DNA of 64,000 bases from positions 5,341-69,340 of IMG/VR virus record IMGVR_UViG_3300032315_000608. The stretch is one strand, 5' to 3'. Below are positions 48,134 through 58,444 of this stretch, piece by piece. Position 1 is the stretch's first letter. Every line of letters starts with the position of its first letter. The DNA is from a virus. Position numbers and translations under genes: made by a program. A model generated the notes under the pieces. It saw only the letters and a list, made by a program, of their open reading frames with translations, did not search any database and was not told the DNA's origin.

Positions 48134-49331
48134 TACTGGAACGGGAAAAACTGTTACGGCTTGTGCTGTAGCAAAAGAACTTGGCTTTGAATTTGCCGTA
48201 ATAGCCCCCAAGATTGTACTTCCAGCTTGGAAAAGTTGGTGTAGCACTTTCGGGCTACAGCCAAAATTTGTGCTTAACTATGAAAAGCTACGGACGGGTA
48301 ATACAGAATTCATAACTAAACTGGCGAGCAAGCAGTGGAATTGGAAACATAAGGGAAAAGATTTCCTTTATATATTTGACGAGGTGCATCGTTGCAAGAG
48401 TTACAAGTCTCAAAACGGAGCAATGCTCGAGGCCGCGGCTGGATCGAACGTTCTCATGCTGTCTGCTACCGCCGCGGGAAGTCCTATGGATATGCGTTTT
48501 ACCGGGCGACTTCTCGGGCTTCACAACGGAGTGGATTACTTTAGATGGCTCCACAAAAACGGTGTGGTCAAGGCTCCGTGGGGTGGCATGACATTCCGTG
48601 GCGGGAAGCGTGTGCTAACCGATATCCACTCCAAGATATTTCCGGCTAAAGGCGTTCGTATTCGAATCAGTGAACTCGGGGATGCGTTTCCAAGTAACCA
48701 AGTAAACGCCGAGGTGCTGGACATATCTCCAAAGATTGGTGAGTTATACCAGAAAGTTGAAGAGGAGATTCTGGAATTAAAAGACCGGTCTCGTACTGAC
48801 GCAGATCCAGAGAATCCTCTCACTAAACGTTTACGCATGAGGCAGGAAATCGAACTGCTTCGAGTTCCTGTAATTACGGAAATGGCGGAAGAGTTTATCG
48901 AGGAAGGCAAAAGCGTTGTGTGCTTTGTAAACTTTAGGCAAACACTCGATGCCATCGGGGAAAGAATGAAAAAACACAAACCGGTTTATATTCTTGGCGA
49001 TCAAACAACCGACCAAAGAGAATCGGCAATTGCTTCTTTCCAAGCAAACAAGTCACACTTAATCATCTGCCAAATTGCGGCTGGCGGTGTAGGGGTCAGT
49101 CTTCATGATCTACACGGAAGGCCAAGAGTTTCGCTAATTAGTCCGACGTACTCTGCTGTTGATCTTAAACAAGCTCTCGGTCGTATTCATCGCACGGGAG
49201 CTAAAACTCCCGCGCTACAATACATCCTGTTCGCGGCTAGCTCGGTTGAAGAAGAGGTCAGTAAATCAGTAAAAGCAAAACTTCGGAATATTGATTTGCT
49301 GAACGACGGCGATTTACTCACTCACAATTAG
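48027..49331 (+). CDS. SF2 (SNF2/DEAH-like) helicase
   Basis: TGTGKT, FDEVH, LSAT, GGVGVSL, QALGRIHR. Confidence 0.9.
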   Translation: MKSIQTLVQLRPWQEKSKSIILQAIQNHSIALDCSDTGTGKTVTACAVAKELGFEFAVIAPKIVLPAWKSWCSTFGLQPKFVLNYEKLRTGNTEFITKLASKQWNWKHKGKDFLYIFDEVHRCKSYKSQNGAMLEAAAGSNVLMLSATAAGSPMDMRFTGRLLGLHNGVDYFRWLHKNGVVKAPWGGMTFRGGKRVLTDIHSKIFPAKGVRIRISELGDAFPSNQVNAEVLDISPKIGELYQKVEEEILELKDRSRTDADPENPLTKRLRMRQEIELLRVPVITEMAEEFIEEGKSVVCFVNFRQTLDAIGERMKKHKPVYILGDQTTDQRESAIASFQANKSHLIICQIAAGGVGVSLHDLHGRPRVSLISPTYSAVDLKQALGRIHRTGAKTPALQYILFAASSVEEEVSKSVKAKLRNIDLLNDGDLLTHN

Positions 49332-49334
49332 CAC

Positions 49335-49362
49335 TTGACGATTACGTTTTTAGGGTCACAAT
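49335..49362 (+). promoter_or_regulatory. promoter, 16-bp spacer
   Basis: TTGACG-N16-CACAAT. Confidence 0.55.
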
Positions 49363-49375
49363 CCACGGCACGCTG

Positions 49376-49612
49376 ATGGATACACAACACGCAAGATATA
49401 GCCCTAGCACCCTTAAAAGCCGGGAATTATGCCCAGGCTACGAACCTAAACGGGATGGAGAAGTTCACATAGTTACCCAACGTGGTACCGCTATGCATTA
49501 CGCTTGCGAGATGTCCGACTTTTCAAAACTAAACGCCGACGAAACCAAGCTGGTTATGAAATGCTTGGATTACATTGAGCGTTTAAGATCGGAGTTATCT
49601 ACCGATGCTTGA
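49376..49612 (+). CDS. N-terminal part of a DUF2800/Cas4-like exonuclease
   Basis: HARYSPS......CPG...RGTAMH. Confidence 0.7.
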   Translation: MDTQHARYSPSTLKSRELCPGYEPKRDGEVHIVTQRGTAMHYACEMSDFSKLNADETKLVMKCLDYIERLRSELSTDA

Positions 49613-50468
49613 TCTAAAAGAAATTAAGTTAGAGGTTTTTGACCAATGGGGTTTTGTCGACCGATTGATGATTCGTGGGGATAAGGCTCATCTTATTGAT
49701 TACAAATTTGGATTTAACCCTGTTGACGATGCGGAGCATAATGCTCAGATGTGGGCCTATACTTTAGGCGTTTTTGATAAACACGACTATATCAAAGAAG
49801 TTACTGTACACATTTTACAACCTCGTCTAGATCTTATCTTCACTCACACATTTACCCGTGAGGGAGACTACGAAAGAATACACAAACGAATAAAAGGAAT
49901 CATCGACAAATGCAAAAATCATACAGAAGCCGATTACACGCCTGGGGATCAATGCGTTTACTGCCACAAGCTAGCAGACTGCCCAGCAGTCCACGGAGCC
50001 ACAATGCAGATCGTTAAAGCTTATGACATGGCGCATGACGCTCAATTGCCAGAACTATTTCAACCCGGCCAGTTGTCCACGCCAGAGCGTAGGGCTCAAG
50101 CCCAGCGTATAGCGATGGTCATGGAGGCTTGGTGCTCCAGCGTTCGTAAACATAATTTAGAATTTGCCAAAGAGGGTGGTGAAATACCGGGCTATGGATT
50201 GAAAGAAATCCAGGGCCGCAGGGAAATTAAAGACTCTCAGAAAGCTTGGGATTTGGTGAAAGGTAAACTTACTCCAGAGGAGTTCAGCTCCGCCTGCGAG
50301 ATTAAGTTCACAGATTTGGCCGATCTAGTTGCGGCCAAGGCGCCTCGCGGTCAGAAGACCGTGGCGAAAGAACAACTGGAAGATGACCTCATCGCTGCCG
50401 AAGCAATGACGCGTGGTGAGCCATCTTATCAACTAAGAAAAAATAAAGAGATAAAACAAATAAAATGA
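49605..50468 (+). CDS. catalytic part of a DUF2800/Cas4-like PD-(D/E)XK exonuclease
   Basis: GFVD, IDYKFG, NAQMWAY, CVYC...C, IPGY. Confidence 0.8.
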   Translation: MLDLKEIKLEVFDQWGFVDRLMIRGDKAHLIDYKFGFNPVDDAEHNAQMWAYTLGVFDKHDYIKEVTVHILQPRLDLIFTHTFTREGDYERIHKRIKGIIDKCKNHTEADYTPGDQCVYCHKLADCPAVHGATMQIVKAYDMAHDAQLPELFQPGQLSTPERRAQAQRIAMVMEAWCSSVRKHNLEFAKEGGEIPGYGLKEIQGRREIKDSQKAWDLVKGKLTPEEFSSACEIKFTDLADLVAAKAPRGQKTVAKEQLEDDLIAAEAMTRGEPSYQLRKNKEIKQIK

Positions 50469-51181
50469 AAACATCATTCAGTAAGAAGGATAAAGAAGCC
50501 GTAGAGGCAACCGAAGATAAAGCGTTGGCTGTGGCGGAGAGCAAGTCTCCTACCATCACCAACCGTAACGCTGGGGTAGACGGAGAGTTCAAAGCTTCCG
50601 ACTTCCTTATTCCTAGGATTAACCTTGTGGGTAAGACTGGCAACCTTAGCAATAACTTCCAACCGGGCTCCTTTGTATTCAACAAAGAGATGGTAGTTGG
50701 CAGTAAGGACTCCTCAATGGAAGCCATTATCACTCACATCCAAAAGAAGTACATCCAGGAAATCCCTTATGGGACGGATGTAATCCCGAAGATTTTTGCC
50801 TCGCAAGCCGAGGTAGAGGCTGCGGGTGGAACTTTGGATATTTCTGAGTCGGACGATGTGGATCGGTATATTCCGTTCCTTGTCTTGACCCTTTTGGTTG
50901 CAGAGCCGAAAGATAAGAATCCGATCTTCTCTCTTGAGGGACCGGATAAAAAGAACTACGCGCTGGCGCAGTACAATCTCACCAAGAGTGCGTACCGCGG
51001 AGCGGGTCGTCAGTTGCTAACCGACAGTCAAACCGTCCTGCGTGGCGGGTTGACCAAAGGTCGGTATCAAGTCAGCAGCAAGCTAAACACCAACACGATG
51101 GGTAGCTGGTTTACACCCACGTTCAAGTTGGCTGGAACAAACAATGACGAGTTCCAGGCTTGGGCTTCCAGCTTGATCTAA
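50465..51181 (+). CDS. putative ssDNA-binding protein
   Basis: D..IPR.NL.......PGSF, N..GSWF.P; synteny between the nuclease and PolA. Confidence 0.6.
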   Translation: MKTSFSKKDKEAVEATEDKALAVAESKSPTITNRNAGVDGEFKASDFLIPRINLVGKTGNLSNNFQPGSFVFNKEMVVGSKDSSMEAIITHIQKKYIQEIPYGTDVIPKIFASQAEVEAAGGTLDISESDDVDRYIPFLVLTLLVAEPKDKNPIFSLEGPDKKNYALAQYNLTKSAYRGAGRQLLTDSQTVLRGGLTKGRYQVSSKLNTNTMGSWFTPTFKLAGTNNDEFQAWASSLI

Positions 51182-51346
51182 GTAGATGAAAAAGGGGAGA
51201 CGTTCCGGCATGGTGCGACGCGAGAAGCGTCGACAGGTTAGGTGTGTCCTGCCGCGTGAAACACCGGACGTCCTCCGCCAAGTGGTTAAGTTCTTCTCTG
51301 AACTACTGGAATCAAAATTTCAAAATGTAACGCAAGTAAAGGGTAT

Positions 51347-51649
51347 ATGGATCAAAACGAAATAGTTCCGCCTTCAATTCATGAGGTGGCTTCAGAAGCT
51401 TTTACTACGGTCACTAAGATTATGGAGAAAGGTTCTGACAAGAGTTCATTTGGTGAATGGTTCTATAAAGATTCTCGTCGGTATAACTCCGATAGAGCAA
51501 TTAGCCACATTTGTAGAGCTATGATGCAAATCGATGGTAATAGACAAGATCCGGATTTGGGAGGTGAAACATCTATCGACCACCTGGAACGAGCTTTAGT
51601 AAGGACAGCCTTTCTATTGTTTAAATGCAAAAGGGGGAAAACTCAATGA
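51347..51649 (+). CDS. dATP/dGTP diphosphohydrolase-like (DUF5664-like) protein
   Basis: IMEKG..K....W...RY..DRAISH...DPD.G....HL..A. Confidence 0.55.
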   Translation: MDQNEIVPPSIHEVASEAFTTVTKIMEKGSDKSSFGEWFYKDSRRYNSDRAISHICRAMMQIDGNRQDPDLGGETSIDHLERALVRTAFLLFKCKRGKTQ

Positions 51650-51828
51650 TTGATTCAATTTTATTATGGTTATTTGTTTGGATTAGTAAACGTTGGTTTA
51701 ATTCTGTCGTTTTTGGAACTGATCCTGAAACAGAGCGAGCTACATCTATTTCATTCTTTGAGCATGAGCAGCACGCTGAACAATATTTGGAATTAATCAA
51801 AAGAGGAAAAAAGGAGATGGACAAATGA
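51646..51828 (+). CDS. hypothetical protein
   Basis: ATGA overlap. Confidence 0.45.
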   Translation: MIDSILLWLFVWISKRWFNSVVFGTDPETERATSISFFEHEQHAEQYLELIKRGKKEMDK

Positions 51829-52016
51829 TATTTCATTGGGTTTGGAAGAAGACTGGGTTTCCTTATTTGGAATCCCCTGAAACAGAAACAAAAAGTACAA
51901 CCATGCCAAAAAAGAAAGGTAAGGTGTCAAGTGGAAAATCAAAGCGATCTAGAAAAAGATAGACTTGCTCAAAAAGTTGTTGCAGAATTGGATTACCTTT
52001 TAAAGGAAGGATTTTT

Positions 52017-52382
52017 ATGTCTAAAGAACACGAAGGAACCTCGCATTGTTTTAAGCCGGGAGGCGAACATATGAGCCTAGATGCAATCATTGATACAGAC
52101 ACAATGAGTAAACAACCGGAATACATGCAAAGAGAGCTTCATAGGGTGCATCAGTTTTACAAACGTGTAACAGATCTGGCAGAAACAAACCACAAAACCG
52201 CCTCTACTCTTGTGGAGGAGAATGGGCGGTTAGAAAATGAGAACGAGGGGCTTAGAGAGTTCTGCCAGGAACTCCTTGGCTCTATGGCAGACCTTGAAGA
52301 TGAATGCTCGGGGTTCAGACACAAGGTTAGGTCAGCCGTGCTCGAATTACTACCACATCAGAAAGAAGAAAAAAATGATTGA
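52017..52382 (+). CDS. coiled-coil hypothetical protein
   Basis: ORF; start may be the ATG near 52070. Confidence 0.55.
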   Translation: MSKEHEGTSHCFKPGGEHMSLDAIIDTDTMSKQPEYMQRELHRVHQFYKRVTDLAETNHKTASTLVEENGRLENENEGLREFCQELLGSMADLEDECSGFRHKVRSAVLELLPHQKEEKND

Positions 52383-52719
52383 ATTAGCTATACAAATTAA
52401 AAACGAAATTGGGACTGACAAGATCAGCGTGGAGATGCTTCCCCGTGATAGCGAAGCAAACATTATAGAGAAGGACGTGCTTAACGGTCTCTTCCCACAC
52501 GTTGTTGAGCTTTTAAATGGACTTCTCGGTGGTGAAGGATTCCGCAAAATGGAGAGAATGGCTCAGGAAGTTCCTCCTCAGGAATCTCGTATTGTCGATA
52601 AAAATGGAGCTCCTACATCTATTCCGATGGATGAGGAATATCTCTTAAAGAAAGGTTTGATTGAGCCCGAAGGTGGCGTTCAACCTATCGACAAGAGTTC
52701 AGTAACTATCATAAGCTAA
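52375..52719 (+). CDS. hypothetical protein
   Basis: Coupled start. Confidence 0.55.
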   Translation: MIELAIQIKNEIGTDKISVEMLPRDSEANIIEKDVLNGLFPHVVELLNGLLGGEGFRKMERMAQEVPPQESRIVDKNGAPTSIPMDEEYLLKKGLIEPEGGVQPIDKSSVTIIS

Positions 52720-53009
52720 TGTCTCCTGCCAGTGAGAAACTGGCCGATCAATTCACCGTGATACCTTACCCATTCGTGGGTGAGCATCGCGATGCAATCG
52801 AGGCTGAATATGCGATGCTGCTTAATGGTGGGATAAGACCAACTGAAGTAGTTGATCTCATTCTTCATGCCTTGGAGATATTATTAAACAAAAGAAAAAA
52901 AGCAGAAGGAACGAACACTTATGATGAAGCCACAACTCAGGTGTCTGATATGCTTGGGCGCCTTGTGGTTTTTGAAGAAATGTTCTCAAATAAAAAACAA
53001 AAAAAATAA
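52719..53009 (+). CDS. hypothetical protein
   Basis: TAATG coupling. Confidence 0.55.
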   Translation: MSPASEKLADQFTVIPYPFVGEHRDAIEAEYAMLLNGGIRPTEVVDLILHALEILLNKRKKAEGTNTYDEATTQVSDMLGRLVVFEEMFSNKKQKK

Positions 53010-53011
53010 AA

Positions 53012-54802
53012 ATGAATACATATGCAATTGACTTTGAAACATATTACGACAAGGAGACATCAATCACAACACTTGGGCAGTGGCATTACTTGCGAAACCC
53101 AGCTTCAGATATCTACATGGTTGCCATTCAGGGGCCGGATGTTGACTACGTAGGCTGTCCTAAAAAAGCCCCGTGGGAAAAAATTGATGGCCACAAGTGG
53201 GTGGCTCATAACTACAGCTTCGACGGCGCGGTGATCGAGAGGTTGCGGGAGCAGGGATGTGTTCAATCCAAGCCTGTAGCTTGGGACTGTACTGCAAACC
53301 TTTCGGTTGCCGTAGGTGCTCCGCGTAACTTGTTAGGTGCTTCCAGAGAATTGCTAGATCGTCATATCGACAAAGATCCGCGCGACAAGATGCACTCTAA
53401 GAAGTGGAGCGATGTCGAGGGGACTGAGTTTGGAAAAGAAGTATTAGAGTATGCTCGCCAAGATGCCAAGGCATGTCTTGGTATCTATGAGAAGTTTTCA
53501 GGTGATATGCTTCCAACGGAATCAGAACTATCCAAGCACACCATTGAGATGGGGTGGCGCGGGATTCAGGTCGACCAGGATGCTGTTTCCTCGGGCATTA
53601 AAGCTCTTCAAAGGGTTACTTGGGAGAGTGAAAACGCCTTGCCCTGGATCGATGAGACGGATGGGGTGGTGCTTTCGACAAAGGCATTCCGCAGAGAATG
53701 TGCGAAGGCTGGCATTCCATGGCCTACTTCGTTGGCTGAGAACTCTGAAGAGTGTGCATTGTGGGAGTCCCAGTACGGTGAGCAAGTTCCTTTCGTCGGG
53801 ATCATGCGGGACTGGCGCAAGGCAAACTCTTTGCTGGCCAAGTTAAAGGTCATGCAGGGTCGCATCAAACCAGACGGAACTATGAGCTACGGATTGAAAT
53901 ACATGGGTGCTCACACTGGTCGTTGGTCTGGTGATTCGAAGTTCAACGTTCAGAACCTCCCTCGCAATGAAATGTTCGGAGTAGACCTTAGAGGTTGCAT
54001 CGTACCCCGGCCAGGTAAGAAGTTTGTTATCTGTGACTTGGCTCAGATCGAGCCGCGGGTACTTGCTTGGTTGTCTGGTAACGAAGGACTCTTGGACGCG
54101 ATCAGGAACGGTTATGGCATCTACGAGGCGGCGGCTAAGAACATGAGTTTATGGGATGGCCCGAAAGGGACATTGAAAAAGACTGACGCTCCATTGTATC
54201 AATTGGTAAAGGCGATGGTGCTTGGCCTTGGCTACGGTGCCGGGGCGAAGAAATTCGCTCTTATTGCCAAGATGCAATACGGAATCGACATGACAGAAAC
54301 CAAGTCAAATATGATTGTCAATGATTTCCGTACAAGGAATCAGCCTATTCTTGATCTATGGCGAAAGTTAGAGGGCGACTTCCAGCGGGCGAAAGCGGAC
54401 AAGCAGTTCGAGGTTGGCTTGCCAAGCGGTCGAGTTCTTACCTACCGGAATATTATGTCCCAATGGCCAGACAAGCAGAAGTATGACAAAAGTGGTAAAG
54501 CTAGGAAATCGGCTTGGACGGCTAAAGTCGAAAGGGGAGGACCGCAGATTCCATTTTACGGAGGGAAGCTGTGCGAGAACCTTGTCCAGGCTGTAGCTCG
54601 CGACGTCATGGGCGCGGCAGTATTGCGTTTGGAGAAAGCTGGATGCCCCGTTGTGATGCATATTCACGACGAGGCCGTTTGCGAAGTTGACAATTCAGTT
54701 CCGGCTGGTGAGATTGAACGTCTCATGAGCGTCTGTCCTGAATGGTTGGATGGGTGTCCAATAGGTGCGGAAGCGACCGACGCAGTGAGGTACAAAAAAT
54801 GA
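53012..54802 (+). CDS. polA: family A DNA polymerase with 3'-5' exonuclease
   Basis: IDFETY, AHNYSFD, YARQD, HTGRWSG, NVQNLP, DLAQIEPR, K...LGLGYG, ENLVQAVARD, HIHDE. Confidence 0.93.
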   Translation: MNTYAIDFETYYDKETSITTLGQWHYLRNPASDIYMVAIQGPDVDYVGCPKKAPWEKIDGHKWVAHNYSFDGAVIERLREQGCVQSKPVAWDCTANLSVAVGAPRNLLGASRELLDRHIDKDPRDKMHSKKWSDVEGTEFGKEVLEYARQDAKACLGIYEKFSGDMLPTESELSKHTIEMGWRGIQVDQDAVSSGIKALQRVTWESENALPWIDETDGVVLSTKAFRRECAKAGIPWPTSLAENSEECALWESQYGEQVPFVGIMRDWRKANSLLAKLKVMQGRIKPDGTMSYGLKYMGAHTGRWSGDSKFNVQNLPRNEMFGVDLRGCIVPRPGKKFVICDLAQIEPRVLAWLSGNEGLLDAIRNGYGIYEAAAKNMSLWDGPKGTLKKTDAPLYQLVKAMVLGLGYGAGAKKFALIAKMQYGIDMTETKSNMIVNDFRTRNQPILDLWRKLEGDFQRAKADKQFEVGLPSGRVLTYRNIMSQWPDKQKYDKSGKARKSAWTAKVERGGPQIPFYGGKLCENLVQAVARDVMGAAVLRLEKAGCPVVMHIHDEAVCEVDNSVPAGEIERLMSVCPEWLDGCPIGAEATDAVRYKK

Positions 54803-56928
54803 ACCTCTTTCGTATACCCAATTTATCGTCGTCGATTGCCAGCTCATGCACACCTTGGGACGGTAATGTAAACCAGCCACCTAGTCTTGAGCCAGAAGTT
54901 GCAAAGCGTTGGGCCGTTCAGAATTCAACTGACGGAATGTTCGTCAGCGGATTTGAAGGTCGTGCCGCGGCTATGCGTGTTACCAGAGATAACCCCCCGG
55001 CAAAGATGCATGCGTTCATTGCAGACTATGATTGTGAACTTACATCTGAAGAGTTTATCTCTGGGGTTGGGGCTAAAGCCAAGGCTGGATTAAAACCTAT
55101 GTACGCTCACCGTACTCCGAGTGGAGGTGCGCGGGTTATCTGGATGTTTGAAACACCCATGCAGATTCCAGTCGGACTATTGCCGGCGTTCTTAAAACGA
55201 GTTGCCAAAGAGCTGGGGGCAAAGCGTTTGTTTGCTGGGCTTGATGACAATCATGTTAAGCCCGAGCAGTACTACGCTTGGTACTTGCCAATGACCAAAG
55301 TAGGAGATGTCCCTTTAAGGACAGAGACTTTGTATAGCTGGTTTGCTTCGACGATTGACGCCGACCATAAGTACCGCGGGGAAGGCCCCGTTGAGATCCC
55401 GATGGATCGTGTACGCAATCGCGTACAGGAAATGTACCCCGACAAGTTGCTGGGTAATCTGGAGGTCAACGGCAGAACCAATGCATTCTGGACTGCGACT
55501 TCAGACAATCCTACTGCTTGCGTGGTTACTCCCACTGGTATCGTTAGCTTCTCTCAGGACAAGAGCTTCTATAGCTGGGCAGAAATCCTGGGTGCTGGCT
55601 GGGTCAAAGAGTTTGAGGAGGATCGTCTAGGCGCACCTCTGGCAAATTATTACTTCGACGGCAAGCGGTACTGGAGGCAGGACGGTCGTGGCATCTGGCG
55701 CGATACAGACTCCGAGACTACCCGCAAGGATATTGCTGGTATCTACGGACTGTCTCTTGCTCCAATGCAACGAGGTGGAATGTGTGAAGTCGATCAGACG
55801 GTTTTGCGTGTGCGCGAAACACGGCGGGTTGACGATGCCGGTCCAATCCTATTCAGCAAAGAGGAAGTGGTTTACATGGGCGGTCGCACTGTTCTCAACA
55901 TCTCGCGGGTCAAGGTTCTAGAACCTAGGACTGAAGTCTGTGAGAAGTGGGGTGATGGATTCCCTTGGATCGCGAAGTTCCTCGATGGGTTCTTCAATCC
56001 ACACGACTCCCTCCAATACTTCTTAGCGTGGCTTCACCACTTCTACGTATCTGCCAAGTCGGGAAAGCAATCGCAAGGTCAGGCGATCTTTATCGCCGGA
56101 CCGGTGGGAGTGGGTAAGACGCTTATGGGTACACAGATTGTATCCAGGCTGATGGGTGGTGGTTGCGACGCCTCGGGGCATATCTCCGGGGAGAGCGAGT
56201 TCAACTCGGAAATGTTCGAGGTGGGCGTACTCAACGTCGACGATACCATTGCTTCGACGAGCCACGAGAAGCACTTGCTCTTCTCCAATACGGTGAAGAA
56301 GTTTGTTGCCAATCGTCGCCATCGTTACCGCGCCATGTGGAAGAACCCAGCCACCATCGAATGGTCGGGTCGAGTGTTCGTTACTTTGAATGACGATCCC
56401 GACTCCATGCGGGCGGTTCCATACACAGACGCGAGTATCTTGGACAAGCTTATGCTGTTCAAGGCATCGTCTAAGGGTATGGACTTTCCCCATTCTCAGG
56501 AACTACAGCGTATCCTAGACGGGGAGCTTCCAGCATTTGCCAGATGGTTGACTGACTTTGAGATCCCGGAGGAGCTTAAGTGCTCAAATCGGTTCCAAGT
56601 TAAGTGCTACCACCATGCCGATATCTTGGAAGATACCCGGACTACCCATCCTAACCATGCCTTCTCGGAGTTGCTGGACGAATTCCTCATCGGGTTCAAT
56701 CAGGCTAATCCAAAGGAAAGAACATGGAAAGGTTCAGCTACCCAGCTGCTTAACCAGATGCTGAATGACCAAAACCTCACCAACCTTACCCGCCATTATG
56801 CCTCCACACCGGAAAAAATGGGGCAGAGGTTGGCAAAGCTAATGACGACTAAGGGTATTGAGCGGGTAACCGTAAATGGTAAAGTCATTTGGAAGATCCC
56901 AGTAATAGAACCTGACAAAAATGGCTAA
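54799..56928 (+). CDS. primase-helicase (AEP-like N-terminus + SF3/DUF5906-like P-loop)
   Basis: IADYD, RTPSGG.R, GPVGVGKT, LNVDD, VTLN. Confidence 0.75.
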   Translation: MNLFRIPNLSSSIASSCTPWDGNVNQPPSLEPEVAKRWAVQNSTDGMFVSGFEGRAAAMRVTRDNPPAKMHAFIADYDCELTSEEFISGVGAKAKAGLKPMYAHRTPSGGARVIWMFETPMQIPVGLLPAFLKRVAKELGAKRLFAGLDDNHVKPEQYYAWYLPMTKVGDVPLRTETLYSWFASTIDADHKYRGEGPVEIPMDRVRNRVQEMYPDKLLGNLEVNGRTNAFWTATSDNPTACVVTPTGIVSFSQDKSFYSWAEILGAGWVKEFEEDRLGAPLANYYFDGKRYWRQDGRGIWRDTDSETTRKDIAGIYGLSLAPMQRGGMCEVDQTVLRVRETRRVDDAGPILFSKEEVVYMGGRTVLNISRVKVLEPRTEVCEKWGDGFPWIAKFLDGFFNPHDSLQYFLAWLHHFYVSAKSGKQSQGQAIFIAGPVGVGKTLMGTQIVSRLMGGGCDASGHISGESEFNSEMFEVGVLNVDDTIASTSHEKHLLFSNTVKKFVANRRHRYRAMWKNPATIEWSGRVFVTLNDDPDSMRAVPYTDASILDKLMLFKASSKGMDFPHSQELQRILDGELPAFARWLTDFEIPEELKCSNRFQVKCYHHADILEDTRTTHPNHAFSELLDEFLIGFNQANPKERTWKGSATQLLNQMLNDQNLTNLTRHYASTPEKMGQRLAKLMTTKGIERVTVNGKVIWKIPVIEPDKNG

Positions 56929-58030
56929 TATATTAATTAATACCGCCTGTTGTTCCGCGGCATGTGGCGCGGTAACCGATCCGTGTTTATGCCCGGGGCA
57001 ACCTGGAGTTTATGTTTATTTGGAATCCGCTTGCTCCGCGTATCAAAACCTTTGTGGTACACAGGCATTTACAGGTCCGCAAAGGTGGTTTGCTACTTAT
57101 GAACAAACATGTAATTTGAATTACTCAAATACCAGTTATGGGGGGGCGGAAGATTTGGTACAAGTAGCTATACAAGCTGAAAACTCTACTACCTATTATA
57201 AGTCACAAAGTACAGATGAACACTATGTAGATGAAAACTGTGATATTGTTGGGTCATGTGGAGAAACAACATACACACATACTGGGACAATTTACATATA
57301 TTGGTTTGAGCAGTATATATCTGGGTCAACATTTACGCGGATAGTGAACGCCACATGTACCACATATCCACCAGATCCCGCGCAAAGTGAATGCACTGGT
57401 ACTGAAACAAGAACCTATGTATATTCAGACGGCTCAAGTGATACTACTACGCTCGATTGGCCGTGTTTTACATGTTTAACAAGTCTAGTTTGTTCCAATT
57501 CAGATCCGACTACTACTGTTACAACAGATACAACGCAGACAATTACTTCGAGCATTGGATCAGTTGAGAGAGTGTTATCGGATGAAATAACGTGTGACGC
57601 GGAATCGGGATTACAGGTTGAGGCGGCGATTTGTAAATCTGAAAACTGGGATCCAATGCCCATCAATCAAGGGTATGAAATAGCTCCAAGAATTGAAGGA
57701 GATCCGGAAAGTACATTTACTCCTACCTGTATCAATCTTGTAGTGGAAACTGATATAGAAGGATGCATATATTGTGTTAATAGGGGGAACATATCTTGGG
57801 TACTTCCTCCTCCGGAATCTGGTTCAGTTGAGGTAACTCTATGCCAAACTGAAATTCAACAACCTCCAATATTGCCATGCGAGGATGGGGGAACAACATA
57901 TACATTGACATATTCTGAAGACTCTACGGACATTATTTTAGAAGATTTATCCACGGGTTTTATTTTTGAACTTGGTGATCATATAGCTCAAATATGTGTA
58001 TTAGACGCAGTATATATTGCTGCCCCATAA
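56921..58030 (+). CDS. Cys/Thr-rich acidic hypothetical protein
   Basis: ACCSAACG start, more than 20 Cys; AT-rich. Confidence 0.65.
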   Translation: MANILINTACCSAACGAVTDPCLCPGQPGVYVYLESACSAYQNLCGTQAFTGPQRWFATYEQTCNLNYSNTSYGGAEDLVQVAIQAENSTTYYKSQSTDEHYVDENCDIVGSCGETTYTHTGTIYIYWFEQYISGSTFTRIVNATCTTYPPDPAQSECTGTETRTYVYSDGSSDTTTLDWPCFTCLTSLVCSNSDPTTTVTTDTTQTITSSIGSVERVLSDEITCDAESGLQVEAAICKSENWDPMPINQGYEIAPRIEGDPESTFTPTCINLVVETDIEGCIYCVNRGNISWVLPPPESGSVEVTLCQTEIQQPPILPCEDGGTTYTLTYSEDSTDIILEDLSTGFIFELGDHIAQICVLDAVYIAAP

Positions 58031-58033
58031 TTT

Positions 58034-58444
58034 ATGAAATTCAAAATAGCAGACATAGCAAAAGCAGCGGAAAGAAAGCCTGTTGGTTACTACCAGGATG
58101 TGATGGCCCATGGAAAAGTTGAGGGCGAATACCTGGTTTTATCGGTGGATAACTTCAAGAAACTCCGGTTAAAGTACCGCGGGGAGTCGGTTATGGGCCT
58201 GCCACCGATCATGACACAGGCCAAAACACTGTCCAAAGCAATGGTTGACTTCGCCGGCTCAGGGTTTAAAAAGGTGTCACGCGAGGTTTTTGACAAACGT
58301 ATGAACGAATGCAACAAATGTGAATTCTGGCAAAAGAATGCTTTGGCCGGAATGGGCAGATGTATGAAGTGTGGCTGTAGCGGGGCAAAGCAATGGATGC
58401 CTACGCAACAGTGCCCTATCGGGAGGTGGGGCAAGGAGACCTGA
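58034..58444 (+). CDS. Cys-motif protein (DUF6171-like)
   Basis: R..EC.KC..W....GRC.KCGC....CP.G.W. Confidence 0.7.
   Translation: MKFKIADIAKAAERKPVGYYQDVMAHGKVEGEYLVLSVDNFKKLRLKYRGESVMGLPPIMTQAKTLSKAMVDFAGSGFKKVSREVFDKRMNECNKCEFWQKNALAGMGRCMKCGCSGAKQWMPTQQCPIGRWGKET

Noticed and set aside
49605-50468. Cas4-like nuclease as evidence for CRISPR-Cas
   Set aside because: No array or other cas genes; standard phage replication synteny.
51194-51276. tRNA or hammerhead ribozyme
   Set aside because: No TTC T-loop or cloverleaf, and no CUGANGA core.
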